DNA from: Candidatus Thermosaccharophagus tengchongensis
Lineage (GTDB): Bacteria > Armatimonadota > Fervidibacteria > Fervidibacterales > Thermosaccharophagaceae
Assembly: GCA_032161105.1 (NCBI GenBank)
Contig: JAVHTD010000009.1
Reading direction: 5' to 3' (one strand)
Length of the DNA stretch: 64,000 bases
Part shown: piece by piece, positions 1 to 9,785 of the stretch
Position numbering within the stretch: the first letter of the stretch is position 1
Layout: the number at the start of each line of letters is the position of its first letter
Translations under genes and position numbers: made by a program
Notes under the pieces: model-generated
The model's database searches: none
What the model was told of the DNA's origin: nothing
What the model saw: the letters and a program-made list of their open reading frames with translations, nothing else

Positions 1-488
1 ACGCTCACCTTGCTTTGGTTCACTCCGAGCTTGAGCAGCAAACCCCTTGTGAATTCATTGTGAACGATGAAGCGCTCAGCCTTGCGCCTCCTAAACAGCC
101 AAATGTTGATGAGCCACTTCACAAGTGAGATTGGGAAGGCACCGTATGTGTCAAGTTCGTGTATTGTAACCACAGCTGGCACCCTCAAATTCCCGACCAG
201 TGTTGTGAATGTGCACCTTAGAGGGTGCATGCCACCAAAGAATTGCGGTTGAAACTGGATGTGAGCTATCTCCGCATGTGATGCCACTCTGGCTGCTTCA
301 ACAGCTCTAATTTTCCGCGCAGCGATGTCATTCGGCAGCCCGAGGCGTTTCCAAACCTGCGGACCGAATGGGATGATGAAAATGTCAACATGCTTGCGCA
401 ATGCGTTCACAAGCTCAGCACTGTAACGGGCTATGCCGCAATCAACATCCCAACTCGTGATGAAAGAGACAAAGGCGCGCCTTCCCAT
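1..488 (-). CDS. Glycosyltransferase family 4 protein, N-terminal part (runs off window start)
   Basis: Not in the ORF track. Manual translation from ATG at 488: MGRRAFVSFITSWDVDCGIARYSAELVNAL...IAHIQFQ...VVTIHE...FIVHN, a typical GT4 N-terminal domain; frame stays open to the edge. Confidence 0.75.
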   Translation of the reverse strand, partial: MGRRAFVSFITSWDVDCGIARYSAELVNALRKHVDIFIIPFGPQVWKRLGLPNDIAARKIRAVEAARVASHAEIAHIQFQPQFFGGMHPLRCTFTTLVGNLRVPAVVTIHELDTYGAFPISLVKWLINIWLFRRRKAERFIVHNEFTRGLLLKLGVNQSKVS

Positions 489-559
489 CTCAACCTGCGC
501 CCCAATTCAATGGAGTGACGGCAAGCTGACAGTGCGTGAGGAGTCACATTTCAAAGACA

Positions 560-1222
560 CTACTTCGGTGTGGATGCAGCCCCCGCAATCAAAGCTACGA
601 AGAAATAACCCACCGTAGCAATCACACAGCAACAGCCAAGCAATATTGGAAGAATGACAGCGATGGCGGAGCGCCAATATTCTATCCCGTGAGCACGCGC
701 CAAACCAATAATCTCCAAGACAATGCCGTAAATTGGTGCGACTAACCAACCGATGACTGGCACGATGGAAAAGATATTTGGCGCCCATGCATACCCGATA
801 ACTCGGCAAGTTGTAGCTAAACCTCCCCTTGCGCCACCAACGATGATGAGAAAAAGGTGCGCAACTAAGGTGCTCACCATAATTCCAACTAAGGCGAATA
901 ACCACCCAAAGAGTATATAGACTGCAACCCATGCTGCTTGCGACATTACGCTGATGAGACCTGAAACTTGACCACCCGAAATCGTTCCAAGAAAACTAAC
1001 CAGTGGAGCAATGCCCATAAATGACATCAGCGAGGTTGCAATTGCGCTTAGCCAACCCACGATCACTCCGAACAAGACTGGTTCAAACAAGCTTGTCCCT
1101 CTACCAACTGCATCAAAGAACTTCACTGGGCTGAGGCACGCTTCAAACCATGTGCGAGCAAATGCCGCAAGCCAGCCACCGTGTTGCTGTGGCTCCTCTA
1201 ATGGGGGCAAGTTGTATACCAT
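560..1222 (-). CDS. YIP1 family membrane protein
   Basis: 'LSPVKFF' start motif, about 5 TM helices, 'LVAHLFLIIVGG...RVIGYAWAP...IP..G.L' pattern. Confidence 0.75.
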   Translation of the reverse strand: MVYNLPPLEEPQQHGGWLAAFARTWFEACLSPVKFFDAVGRGTSLFEPVLFGVIVGWLSAIATSLMSFMGIAPLVSFLGTISGGQVSGLISVMSQAAWVAVYILFGWLFALVGIMVSTLVAHLFLIIVGGARGGLATTCRVIGYAWAPNIFSIVPVIGWLVAPIYGIVLEIIGLARAHGIEYWRSAIAVILPILLGCCCVIATVGYFFVALIAGAASTPK

Positions 1223-1372
1223 GCCATCTCACCCTTCACACCGTGTTCCGCTCACAACGGCTGTCACAACCAAATGACTTTGATGCCCGCTCACATGCGG
1301 TTATTTTACCTTTTGCTGGGAGGCATGTTCAGTGTAAAGGGGCAGAATCGCAGATGCCATGTCATTACTCGC

Positions 1373-2044
1373 TCATCCCCGCTTCACCGCTTTTATCACC
1401 CTGTATCCGCCGTGCCTGTCCACCGTCTCGGCGTTTCCAAACATCTCTTGGATTATGCGCTGCAAGCGCTTTGCGCCTTGACTCGTTTTTGCGACTATCC
1501 AAAGTGTGCCATTTGACTTCAGGCGCTCATACGACTCTCGGAGCATCTTCATGATGACCTTCATGCCAGCCCTCATCGGTGGATTTGAGAGGATGGCATC
1601 AAGCTCTAACTCCTTCGGCAGCGGTTCAAATCCATCCCCGTGAAGTATGTGCACATTCTTCAGACCGTATGCCTTGGCATTCCGCCTCGCCAGCGCTATG
1701 GCGCGCTCATTGACATCAACCATCCACACCCTTAACTTTGGATGGCACACTGCTGCCACAATCCCGATGACGCCATACCCGCATCCCCAATCAAGGATGT
1801 TGCCCTCCTCAGGCAACTCCATCTTCTCAACCAACCTCTTGGTCCCCAAATCAACATAGTCCTTTGCGAACACACCCTTGTCAGTGTGGAACGAGAAAAC
1901 CCTCCCGCGAAGGCGTGCGTATATCACCTTCGGGCGATGTTCGGTTTTTGGGCGCTCCACGAAGTAGTGTGAGAACTCCGCTTCAGCTTGCTCTTTTGAG
2001 CCCTCATCATTTCGCCACTTATCATTGCTCGCCATTCCTTCCAC
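1373..2044 (-). CDS. Class I SAM-dependent methyltransferase, RsmC/YbxB-like (MTS domain)
   Basis: SHYF, GVF, 'LDWGCGYGVIG' SAM motif, 'SNPPMRAG'. Confidence 0.85.
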   Translation of the reverse strand: MEGMASNDKWRNDEGSKEQAEAEFSHYFVERPKTEHRPKVIYARLRGRVFSFHTDKGVFAKDYVDLGTKRLVEKMELPEEGNILDWGCGYGVIGIVAAVCHPKLRVWMVDVNERAIALARRNAKAYGLKNVHILHGDGFEPLPKELELDAILSNPPMRAGMKVIMKMLRESYERLKSNGTLWIVAKTSQGAKRLQRIIQEMFGNAETVDRHGGYRVIKAVKRG

Positions 2045-2186
2045 CTCTTTCCTTCAGCGCCTTGCGAATGGTGACCACCCGTTAATCGCTCGCCATTTGG
2101 GCAAAGCCCATGCCATCGTCATTATTCTCGCTTCATAACCAAGCGATGAAGATCGTCTTTGACCCTGCCTTCATACCCGAACGCCA

Positions 2187-3173
2187 TCATTTGCCTTGCG
2201 ATACTGCTTCATGCTCAGCATGGCAAGTTGGGTTGTATCGCATCACATCCAACCCTGAGAAAACACCCCCAACCTTTTCCACCGCCCTGCAGAATGCGCA
2301 CACATCCTCAGCAGTCGGCATTGAGCAAATTGAACAAGGCTTAAGTTGCACCTTCGGGGCTTGCTCACGCTCAAACAGCCCCCGTGCATGCACAAGGAAG
2401 TTGTTGTAGAACTGCAACTTAGTCCCGGGCATGCGCTCCTCAATTTGGTTCAAGATGCCCTTGAGGAAAATCGTCGTTGCGTCAACCGAATATGGGCATT
2501 CATCCTCAATGTATGCGATGCCATTTAGCAGCGCGTAGAGAGCTGTTTCCTTCTCAGTGAACCGATATAGCGGTTTAATTCGCCTAACAAAGCCATCTCG
2601 TTCCATAAGCACTGGCGATTGCCTCGCCAAGTAGCCAACTTGCCAATGAAGGACATTTGAGAGCAAAGTTGAAACCTCGTCATCCAAGTTATGCCCTGTA
2701 GCCAAGACATCAAATCCGCCTTCAACGGCAAACCTGTTCATGATGTATCGCTTGACTAAGCCACACAATGAGCATGGCGAGCGGTCACTTCGGCGCACCA
2801 ATTGCGGTATTGCTTTCCCCACGCTGCCAGATACGGAGACAATATTTAGCGGGCGCATCAGCCTATCTGCAAGTTGCATCGCATACATCTTGCTCTTCTC
2901 CGAGTAGCCGATGCTGTCAATGCCCAAGTCAATGTAGAGCCCCTCAGCATCATATCCGAGCCCGCACAATACATGCCACAGGCTCAAGCTGTCTTTCCCA
3001 CCGGAGACTGCCACAAGCACTCTCTCGCCCTTCCTCAACATCTTGAGCTCCGATATTGAGCGTTGCGTTTGCTTCACAAACCACTGCACATAGCAATCCT
3101 TGCATAGGGCAAGCCTATGTTGGCGCATGTAAATGACGGCTTTGCTCGGGCACAGCTTGCACTTGTAGCCCAT
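2187..3173 (-). CDS. ttuA: tRNA 2-thiolation enzyme TtuA (TtcA/TtuA family)
   Basis: N- and C-terminal Zn fingers (CKLC...LCKDC; CSIC...CAFC), PP-loop SGGKDS, CSLC, TGHNLDDE, ECPYS; adjacent to a sulfur carrier. Start set at MGYKC (ATG 3173). Confidence 0.85.
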   Translation of the reverse strand: MGYKCKLCPSKAVIYMRQHRLALCKDCYVQWFVKQTQRSISELKMLRKGERVLVAVSGGKDSLSLWHVLCGLGYDAEGLYIDLGIDSIGYSEKSKMYAMQLADRLMRPLNIVSVSGSVGKAIPQLVRRSDRSPCSLCGLVKRYIMNRFAVEGGFDVLATGHNLDDEVSTLLSNVLHWQVGYLARQSPVLMERDGFVRRIKPLYRFTEKETALYALLNGIAYIEDECPYSVDATTIFLKGILNQIEERMPGTKLQFYNNFLVHARGLFEREQAPKVQLKPCSICSMPTAEDVCAFCRAVEKVGGVFSGLDVMRYNPTCHAEHEAVSQGK

Positions 3174-3177
3174 GACA

Positions 3178-3384
3178 TCATCCTCCCGAGATGGCAATGA
3201 TGATGCGCACTTCATCACCGCGCCTCAAAAGCTCATCCTCGGTCAGCACCTCATCGCCGCGAACAACAAGTGTGCTCTCAGGAGACAGGTTGAGCCGCTT
3301 GAGCAAGTCCTTCACCTTCATCTTCTTCTCATCAAACTCATACACCTTGCCCCTGAAGATGGCTCTCAAAACGCTGTCACTCAT
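3178..3384 (-). CDS. ttuB: Ubiquitin-like sulfur carrier (TtuB/ThiS/MoaD family)
   Basis: 68 aa ending in AISGG, directly upstream of ttuA. Confidence 0.85.
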   Translation of the reverse strand: MSDSVLRAIFRGKVYEFDEKKMKVKDLLKRLNLSPESTLVVRGDEVLTEDELLRRGDEVRIIIAISGG

Positions 3385-3470
3385 GCGGCATCACTCCCCG
3401 CCTGCAATGGAGGGCTTTTTGCTGAGTCATCCTGCGGCATTTTATAAGTCACTGGCGGTCATTTGGTTGG

Positions 3471-6407
3471 CTATGCGACTTTTGCCGAACCTGCGCCAAC
3501 GCGCGTTGGGCGCTTACCCTTAGCGCCCTCCTTCAACCTGCCATGCTTTTGAAGTATGCGCTTTAGGAACTGCCCAGTGTATGAGTGCTCAACTTGCGCT
3601 ACAACTTCCGGCGGACCCTCGGCGACGATGTAGCCGCCGGCATCGCCGCCCTCAGGTCCGAGGTCAATTATCCAGTCGGCTGTTTTGATGATCTCAAGGT
3701 TGTGCTCAATGACGACGACCGTGTTTCCGGCGTCAACGAGGCGATGAAGCACATTCAAAAGCTTGTGCACATCGGCAAAGTGCAACCCGACCGTCGGCTC
3801 ATCAAGTATGTATAGTGTTTTCCCGGTGCTCTTTCGCGCCAACTCCTCGGCGAGTTTTACCCGCTGCGCTTCGCCACCAGAGAGCGTAGTCGCTGGCTGC
3901 CCAAGCTTTATGTAGCCCAATCCGACATCGCTCAGCGTCTGCAGTATGTGCCTTATCTGCGGTATGTTCTCAAAGAACGAGAGTGCCTCATCAACTGTCA
4001 TGTCAAGCACATCCGCTATATTCTTCCCCTTGTATGTGACTTCAAGCGTCTCTCGGTTGTATCGCTTACCCTTGCACACATCGCATGTGACATAAACATC
4101 GGGCAGGAAGTGCATCTCAATCTTGATTACACCGCTGCCCTGACACGCCTCGCACCTACCACCCTTAACATTGAAGCTGAACCTGCCAGCCTTGTATCCC
4201 CTCGCCCTCGCCTCGCGCGTTTGAGCAAACAGCTCCCTTATGTAAGTGAACACGCCGGTGTATGTCGCCGGGTTTGATCTGGGTGTCCTGCCGATGGGTG
4301 ATTGGTCAATGTTTATCACCTTGTCAATGTGCTCAATGCCCAGTATCTCATCGTGGTCTCCCCAACGGGTTATTGCTCGGTGAAGCAGATATGCGAGCCT
4401 GTTGTAAACGATGTCAATCATGAGCGTGCTCTTACCGGAGCCAGAAACGCCCGTTACGCACACGAATAAGCCAAGCGGTATGCGCACATCTATGTTTTTG
4501 AGGTTGTGCTCCCTCGCCCCCTTAACTATGAGCCACTTGTCGGTTGGCTGACGACGCCTCTCCGGGATCGGTATCTGCAGCTCACCGCTCAAGTATTTGC
4601 CCGTGATTGACTCCTTGCAGTTGATGATGTCTTCAACCGTCCCAGTTGCCACAACATAACCGCCATGCTCACCGGCACCGGGTCCAAGGTCAACGATGAA
4701 GTCGGCACTGCGAATCATATCCTCATCGTGTTCAACGACTATGACGGTATTCCCCATGTCGCGCAACCTCTTCAAAGTCTCAATCAACCTTCTGTTGTCC
4801 CTCGGGTGCAGCCCTATGCTCGGCTCATCAAGCACATACAAAACACCGGCAAGCCCGGAGCCAATCTGCGTTGCCAACCTTATGCGCTGCGCCTCACCGC
4901 CAGCAAGCGTTGAAGCACACCTGTCAAGCGTTAGGTAATCCAAGCCGACATCAACGAGGAAGCGGAGGCGATTGCGTATCTCCTTAAGTATCTCCTGCGC
5001 TATGACTTGCTGCCGCTCCGGCAGCTTCAGATTCTCAAAGAAGCTCAAAGCATCCTTGACGGTGAGCCTGCAAACCTCGGCAATGTTCCAACCGTTTATC
5101 TTCACGGCGAGGCTCTCCGGCTTCAGTCTGGCGCCGTTGCACTTTGGGCATGGTCTCTCCCTCATGAATCTGCGCAACTGCTCACGCCACTCGTCATCGC
5201 CCTCATCATAATCACGCTGCAGGCTGTTTATGACGCCCTCAAAGTAAGTGGTGATGGTGCGCAACCTGCCATAGCGATTAACATAGGTGACTTGCACGGG
5301 CTTGTCGGTGCCGTAAAGGATGACATTCAATTGCTCCTCAGTGAGATCCTTTATTGGCGTGTGAATTGAGAAGCCGTAAGCCCTTGCAACAGCCTTGAGT
5401 ATCTCACGCTTGTAGTTGCTCGTGTAGCTTCTCCAAGGGACAATTGCGCCCTCGGCGATTGAGAGGCGGGTGTCTGGTATCACAAGTTCCGGATCAAACT
5501 CGGCGATTGAGCCCAAGCCGTCGCAGTGTGGGCATGCGCCATATGGGCTGTTGAAGGAGAAGTTGCGCGGTTGAAGTTCACCGATGCTCACACCGCAATC
5601 CGGGCACGCAAAATGCTCCGTGAACATCAAATCGTCGCCTGTGCCATCCTCATTCAAGCGATGGACGATCACATAACCTTGCCCAGCTTTGAGCGCCATC
5701 TCAATTGAGTCCGAAAGCCTGCCCCTGACTTCATCGCTTATGACGAGCCTGTCAACCACGACCTCAATCCAATGCAGCTTGTATCTGTCAAGCTCAATCT
5801 CTTCGTTCACATCCCTTATCACGCCATCAACTCTTACTCTGACAAAGCCCTGCCTGCGTATCTCATCAAACAGGTGCCTGTATTCCCCCTTACGACCGCG
5901 CACGAGTGGGGCGAGGATGTAAACCCTTGTTCCGTTGGGGAGGGAGAGAACTTGGTCAACAATCTGGTCAACTGACTGGCGAGATATTTGCCGACCGCAA
6001 TTTGGGCAGTGAGGTATGCCGACCCTCGCATATAGCAAACGAAGGTAATCGTAAATCTCCGTCACCGTCGCAACCGTTGAACGCGGATTGTGTGAGGCGA
6101 TACCTTGGTCAATTGAGATGGCGGGAGATAGACCATCTATGAAGTCAACATCGGGCTTATCCATGCGCTCAAGGAACTGGCGCGCATATGCCGAAAGCGA
6201 TTCAACATACCTCCTTTCGCCTTCGGCATAGATGGTGTCAAATGCGAGCGATGATTTTCCAGACCCGCTTATCCCGGTAATGCAAATGAGTTTTTCCCTC
6301 GGGAGCTTAAGCGATATGTTCTTCAAGTTGTGCTGCCTTGCGCCCTTGATAGTGATGTATCTGGTTCCCACGGCTTGGTGCCTCCCATTGTGAGGCAATT
6401 GGTTCAT
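3471..6407 (-). CDS. uvrA: Excinuclease ABC subunit A
   Basis: [10 protein letters not shown], two Walker A motifs ([16 protein letters not shown]), Zn fingers, LSGGEAQR. Confidence 0.98.
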   Translation of the reverse strand: MNQLPHNGRHQAVGTRYITIKGARQHNLKNISLKLPREKLICITGISGSGKSSLAFDTIYAEGERRYVESLSAYARQFLERMDKPDVDFIDGLSPAISIDQGIASHNPRSTVATVTEIYDYLRLLYARVGIPHCPNCGRQISRQSVDQIVDQVLSLPNGTRVYILAPLVRGRKGEYRHLFDEIRRQGFVRVRVDGVIRDVNEEIELDRYKLHWIEVVVDRLVISDEVRGRLSDSIEMALKAGQGYVIVHRLNEDGTGDDLMFTEHFACPDCGVSIGELQPRNFSFNSPYGACPHCDGLGSIAEFDPELVIPDTRLSIAEGAIVPWRSYTSNYKREILKAVARAYGFSIHTPIKDLTEEQLNVILYGTDKPVQVTYVNRYGRLRTITTYFEGVINSLQRDYDEGDDEWREQLRRFMRERPCPKCNGARLKPESLAVKINGWNIAEVCRLTVKDALSFFENLKLPERQQVIAQEILKEIRNRLRFLVDVGLDYLTLDRCASTLAGGEAQRIRLATQIGSGLAGVLYVLDEPSIGLHPRDNRRLIETLKRLRDMGNTVIVVEHDEDMIRSADFIVDLGPGAGEHGGYVVATGTVEDIINCKESITGKYLSGELQIPIPERRRQPTDKWLIVKGAREHNLKNIDVRIPLGLFVCVTGVSGSGKSTLMIDIVYNRLAYLLHRAITRWGDHDEILGIEHIDKVINIDQSPIGRTPRSNPATYTGVFTYIRELFAQTREARARGYKAGRFSFNVKGGRCEACQGSGVIKIEMHFLPDVYVTCDVCKGKRYNRETLEVTYKGKNIADVLDMTVDEALSFFENIPQIRHILQTLSDVGLGYIKLGQPATTLSGGEAQRVKLAEELARKSTGKTLYILDEPTVGLHFADVHKLLNVLHRLVDAGNTVVVIEHNLEIIKTADWIIDLGPEGGDAGGYIVAEGPPEVVAQVEHSYTGQFLKRILQKHGRLKEGAKGKRPTRVGAGSAKVA

Positions 6408-6594
6408 AAGAGACGGTTAATCCATCGCCGCATCAACGCATGCCCCCTCACCTTATCCATTTTGACGACAGCCCATGGAGCATGGAGAGCCGCTGTAGCA
6501 CTCCGCAATCTCTCAGTGGCGGCTTCTCCGTCACACGGGGCATTGCCCAACGCGGCACTCTGTGATGCACCCTTTGAGTGATGCGTGAATGCCA

Positions 6595-8253
6595 TCACCA
6601 CGGTCTTACGGAATCAACCATTGCCCTCACCAAAAGGGCAACGATGCATTGGAGCGCCGAAAGCAAGATAAGCGGTTTATCCCGACAGCTCAACTCCCAT
6701 TGAGCTAAGTTGGCTGCAGTGCCAACCGCAAGCATCGGAACAAATGGCAGCCAAACTCTGGAGACCTCGCCACGAACGACTCCAAGCAGGTCAAGCAAAA
6801 TTATCACAGCGATTGAGGATAGCGATGGCATGAGCGCCATAAAGCCTCCCCGAATGAGAAGCCGAAAAGAGCATACCTTGAGCAGGGCAACCAACGCCGG
6901 ACCAATTGAGATTCCAAACTCAATCAAGTTGACGATAGCCCACTTCCAATGGGTGCGCACCGATGATGCTGCTTGCTCACCGTGCGCTCGCATCGCCGCA
7001 GAGAATGCGCCAAGCCAGTCAAATTTGAAGGCAGCGGAGAAAAGCAACGGGAGCAGGACCATCGGAATGATGAGCCAAAAAAACGATTTGACTGCCATTG
7101 CAACTTTCCCTCTATTCGCGTCGGGCGCTGCACAACGGGATGCGCCAACCACCCAGATTGCCCATGCGGCAATGATGGGCAAAAACTTGAAGCTGCAAAT
7201 TGTGCCAATGAACCCGAGCACACCGCACAGCGACAACGCAAATTTTTGTTTCGGCTTAACCATCCACGCACAGAGACATATTGTCCCGAGCGCTGAGACG
7301 AGCGTGAGCAGCTGATCTGGTGAGAGTGAGAAGGCAAGCTGCGCCGGTGAAAGCGAATAAAGCAGCACCGCACTCGCAATCGCAAACCATGCTCTGTTGG
7401 CGCTGTCGCATGATGAACCACCATCGCCAACCGAGCTGCCATTGGCACACCTAACAAGCAACAGCGCCCCAAACACCACAGGCGGCAATGCCAATGCCCC
7501 AAGCAGCAGCATGAGCAGCGAGCTCAGGAATGCCGCCGCTAATTCCCACGGCTCAACCGATACACCGAGCAAACGGCGCACAATGTAAATGTGGTCATAC
7601 ATCCTCCACCCGCCGCCGAGCAACCCATATGCCACATGCTGCAGCCAATCCGAGCTGCGGGTTGCGATTCTGATGAGGCTGTAAAGCATGAGCATCCCAG
7701 GTGGATGGGTTGCTGCGTGGACTGGTTGGCGGCGCATGAACTCGTCATAACTCCGCAAGACATTCAGCCAGCCCTCATGTTCAGCCTCGCGCGCAGCCGT
7801 AAAGTAAGATGTGGCTATCGGGCTAACGGCAATGTATGCTGCGGATGCTATCGGATTCCTGTTGGGTGGCTCGGCAATTTGCGAGGCGAGTTTGAGAAGG
7901 ACAATCGTGATGAAAATGAGCGCATGCGCGCAGATGGAATAGCCGATGCTCTTTGGCGGTGATGCGATGAATCGCCATGCGATTAGGACGAGGACGACCG
8001 CAACAACTGCCATGGGAATGCAGTTTGCAAGCGGTGTAAACTTGCGCTCAAACACCCATTCGCCGATTACACCAAGCGGTATGAGTGGGCACGCGATGAT
8101 GATGCTGAATGCGACGCAAAGCAGCAGCGTAAGCCATATAGTCACTCGCATAAGCATCTCATCCGGCTGGCTCTTCAAGCCAAACTGCTTGAACCAACTG
8201 AAGGCACACCTCAAATTCATCACCATACCTCTATTTGGCAAGGATGGAAACAT
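6595..8253 (-). CDS. Polytopic membrane protein, probable GT-C glycosyltransferase
   Basis: About 12 hydrophobic segments, extracytoplasmic 'HAATHPPG' loop and 'GEVSRVWLPF' motif. True start probably downstream of the ORF-track start. Confidence 0.55.
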   Translation of the reverse strand: MFPSLPNRGMVMNLRCAFSWFKQFGLKSQPDEMLMRVTIWLTLLLCVAFSIIIACPLIPLGVIGEWVFERKFTPLANCIPMAVVAVVLVLIAWRFIASPPKSIGYSICAHALIFITIVLLKLASQIAEPPNRNPIASAAYIAVSPIATSYFTAAREAEHEGWLNVLRSYDEFMRRQPVHAATHPPGMLMLYSLIRIATRSSDWLQHVAYGLLGGGWRMYDHIYIVRRLLGVSVEPWELAAAFLSSLLMLLLGALALPPVVFGALLLVRCANGSSVGDGGSSCDSANRAWFAIASAVLLYSLSPAQLAFSLSPDQLLTLVSALGTICLCAWMVKPKQKFALSLCGVLGFIGTICSFKFLPIIAAWAIWVVGASRCAAPDANRGKVAMAVKSFFWLIIPMVLLPLLFSAAFKFDWLGAFSAAMRAHGEQAASSVRTHWKWAIVNLIEFGISIGPALVALLKVCSFRLLIRGGFMALMPSLSSIAVIILLDLLGVVRGEVSRVWLPFVPMLAVGTAANLAQWELSCRDKPLILLSALQCIVALLVRAMVDSVRPW

Positions 8254-8431
8254 TGCGAACGGTGCTGTGAAGGCTTGCTGTGATTAGCCAACTTGGACCT
8301 TATTGGCAGCGTTTGTCCGCTTCGCAGTGCAGATGGGCATATGAGCGCATAACCGTAGTAACAAGGCATGCCAAAATGCATCATAGCGTCACGAATGCGC
8401 AGTTGGTGCAGGCTGCAACATCGTTTGCTTA

Positions 8432-8935
8432 ATGGAAGTGAATGGCATGTGGGAAATCCAAATCGCGACCGCCGACGAGATGGCGAAGCTCGGCAGGTGC
8501 ATAGCGGCTCACCTTTGTGGCGGTGACATCGTTGCGCTTTATGGACCACTTGGTGCCGGCAAGACTACGCTCATACAGGGAATTGCTGATGGGCTCGGCG
8601 TGAGCAAGCGCGCCATAAGTCCGACATTCGTGCTTGTGCGCGAGTATCTTGGGAGGCTGCCACTTTTCCATGTGGATGCGTATCGCCTTGAGGGAATTGA
8701 CCCCGATGAAGCTGACTTACAAGTGGCATTCAGTGAATATGCCTCTCGCGGTGGCGTCATCGTAATTGAATGGGCTGAGCACATAAGGCAATTGCTCCCG
8801 AGCGAGCGCTTGGATGCATTCCTGTCGCATGAGAGCATCGGAAGGAGAGTCAAGTTTGTGGCGCACGGTGAAAGGCATTTAAAGCTGCTCGCAGCAATCC
8901 GCGAGGATTGGAGCCATCTTTTGGGGAGAGGTTGA
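8432..8935 (+). CDS. tsaE: tRNA threonylcarbamoyladenosine ATPase TsaE
   Basis: GPLGAGKTT, SPTF, HVDAYRL, IEWAE. Confidence 0.95.
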   Translation: MEVNGMWEIQIATADEMAKLGRCIAAHLCGGDIVALYGPLGAGKTTLIQGIADGLGVSKRAISPTFVLVREYLGRLPLFHVDAYRLEGIDPDEADLQVAFSEYASRGGVIVIEWAEHIRQLLPSERLDAFLSHESIGRRVKFVAHGERHLKLLAAIREDWSHLLGRG

Positions 8936-8937
8936 GG

Positions 8938-9651
8938 ATGCTCATCCTCAGCATTGAGACAACCGGCGAACTGTGCAGCTTAGCAGTTTGCGAGAAGTCG
9001 TCGTTAAAGGCGATGCTTCTCACTCACACATATCGTGACTTGCTCGTCAGATTGCCGGAGCTGACGCAGCTGACGCTCAAGGCAGCCAATTGCGAGCTCT
9101 CAGATATATCGCTTGTGGCTGTTTCCATAGGACCGGGCTCATTCACGAGCACGCGCATTGGCGTTGCATATGCAAAGGCGATGGCTTATTCGCTTAACAA
9201 GCCGATTGTGGGGGTAAGGACGCTTGAATGCATGGCGCACCTTGCAGGCGCACAAGATGGGCAAAGGTTGATCGTCCTATATCCATCACGCCCAACACGC
9301 CCATTTGAAGCATACTCGGCAAAGTTCGTCAAGGTGAGCGGGGAGTTGAAAACGATTGAGGAAGAGTGTGTGGTCAATGTTGAGGCGCTGCTGAGCGAAC
9401 TCACATGCTGCAACGAACGAACGGTCATCTGTGGCGCATTGAGGGATGAATGGAAAATGTTGCTATCTGAGGTTGCCACATCCAACAGCCTTATCTGGGT
9501 GATTCATATCTTCCCAACTGCCTGGGGCATCGGGCAGCTGGCGTATCGCCGTTGGGAGAGGCAAGGATGCGGCGATGATGTATTTCAACTCAAACCGCTT
9601 TATGTGCTGCCGTCACAGGCTGAAGAGAAGTTCGGCATAAGGGTGACATGA
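8938..9651 (+). CDS. tsaB: tRNA threonylcarbamoyladenosine biosynthesis protein TsaB
   Basis: MLILSIETT, 'VSIGPGSFTSTRIG', C-terminal 'LKPLYV.PSQAE'; follows tsaE. Confidence 0.92.
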   Translation: MLILSIETTGELCSLAVCEKSSLKAMLLTHTYRDLLVRLPELTQLTLKAANCELSDISLVAVSIGPGSFTSTRIGVAYAKAMAYSLNKPIVGVRTLECMAHLAGAQDGQRLIVLYPSRPTRPFEAYSAKFVKVSGELKTIEEECVVNVEALLSELTCCNERTVICGALRDEWKMLLSEVATSNSLIWVIHIFPTAWGIGQLAYRRWERQGCGDDVFQLKPLYVLPSQAEEKFGIRVT

Positions 9652-9689
9652 GTAGCATTGGTTGTGGATGAGCAAGACGAGCTCAAGCA

Positions 9690-9785
9690 TCACGGGCGAA
9701 GAAGGACGCGGGTGAAGCAATACACGACCAAGCTTATCACCAAGCCCCATCCGATGAGCATGAACAGCCATCCTTGCCAACTCAC
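9690..9785 (-). CDS. 31-aa single-TM peptide, putative small subunit of the NSS transporter (MetS-like)
   Basis: GTG start overlaps the transporter TGA (GTGA), GGAGGG upstream; MSWQGWLFMLIGWGLVISLVVYCFTRVLLRP. Confidence 0.65.
   Translation of the reverse strand: MSWQGWLFMLIGWGLVISLVVYCFTRVLLRP

Noticed and set aside
6404..6601. 65-aa ORF between uvrA and the membrane protein
   Set aside because: It overlaps both neighbours' ends but has no recognisable features; could not be supported.
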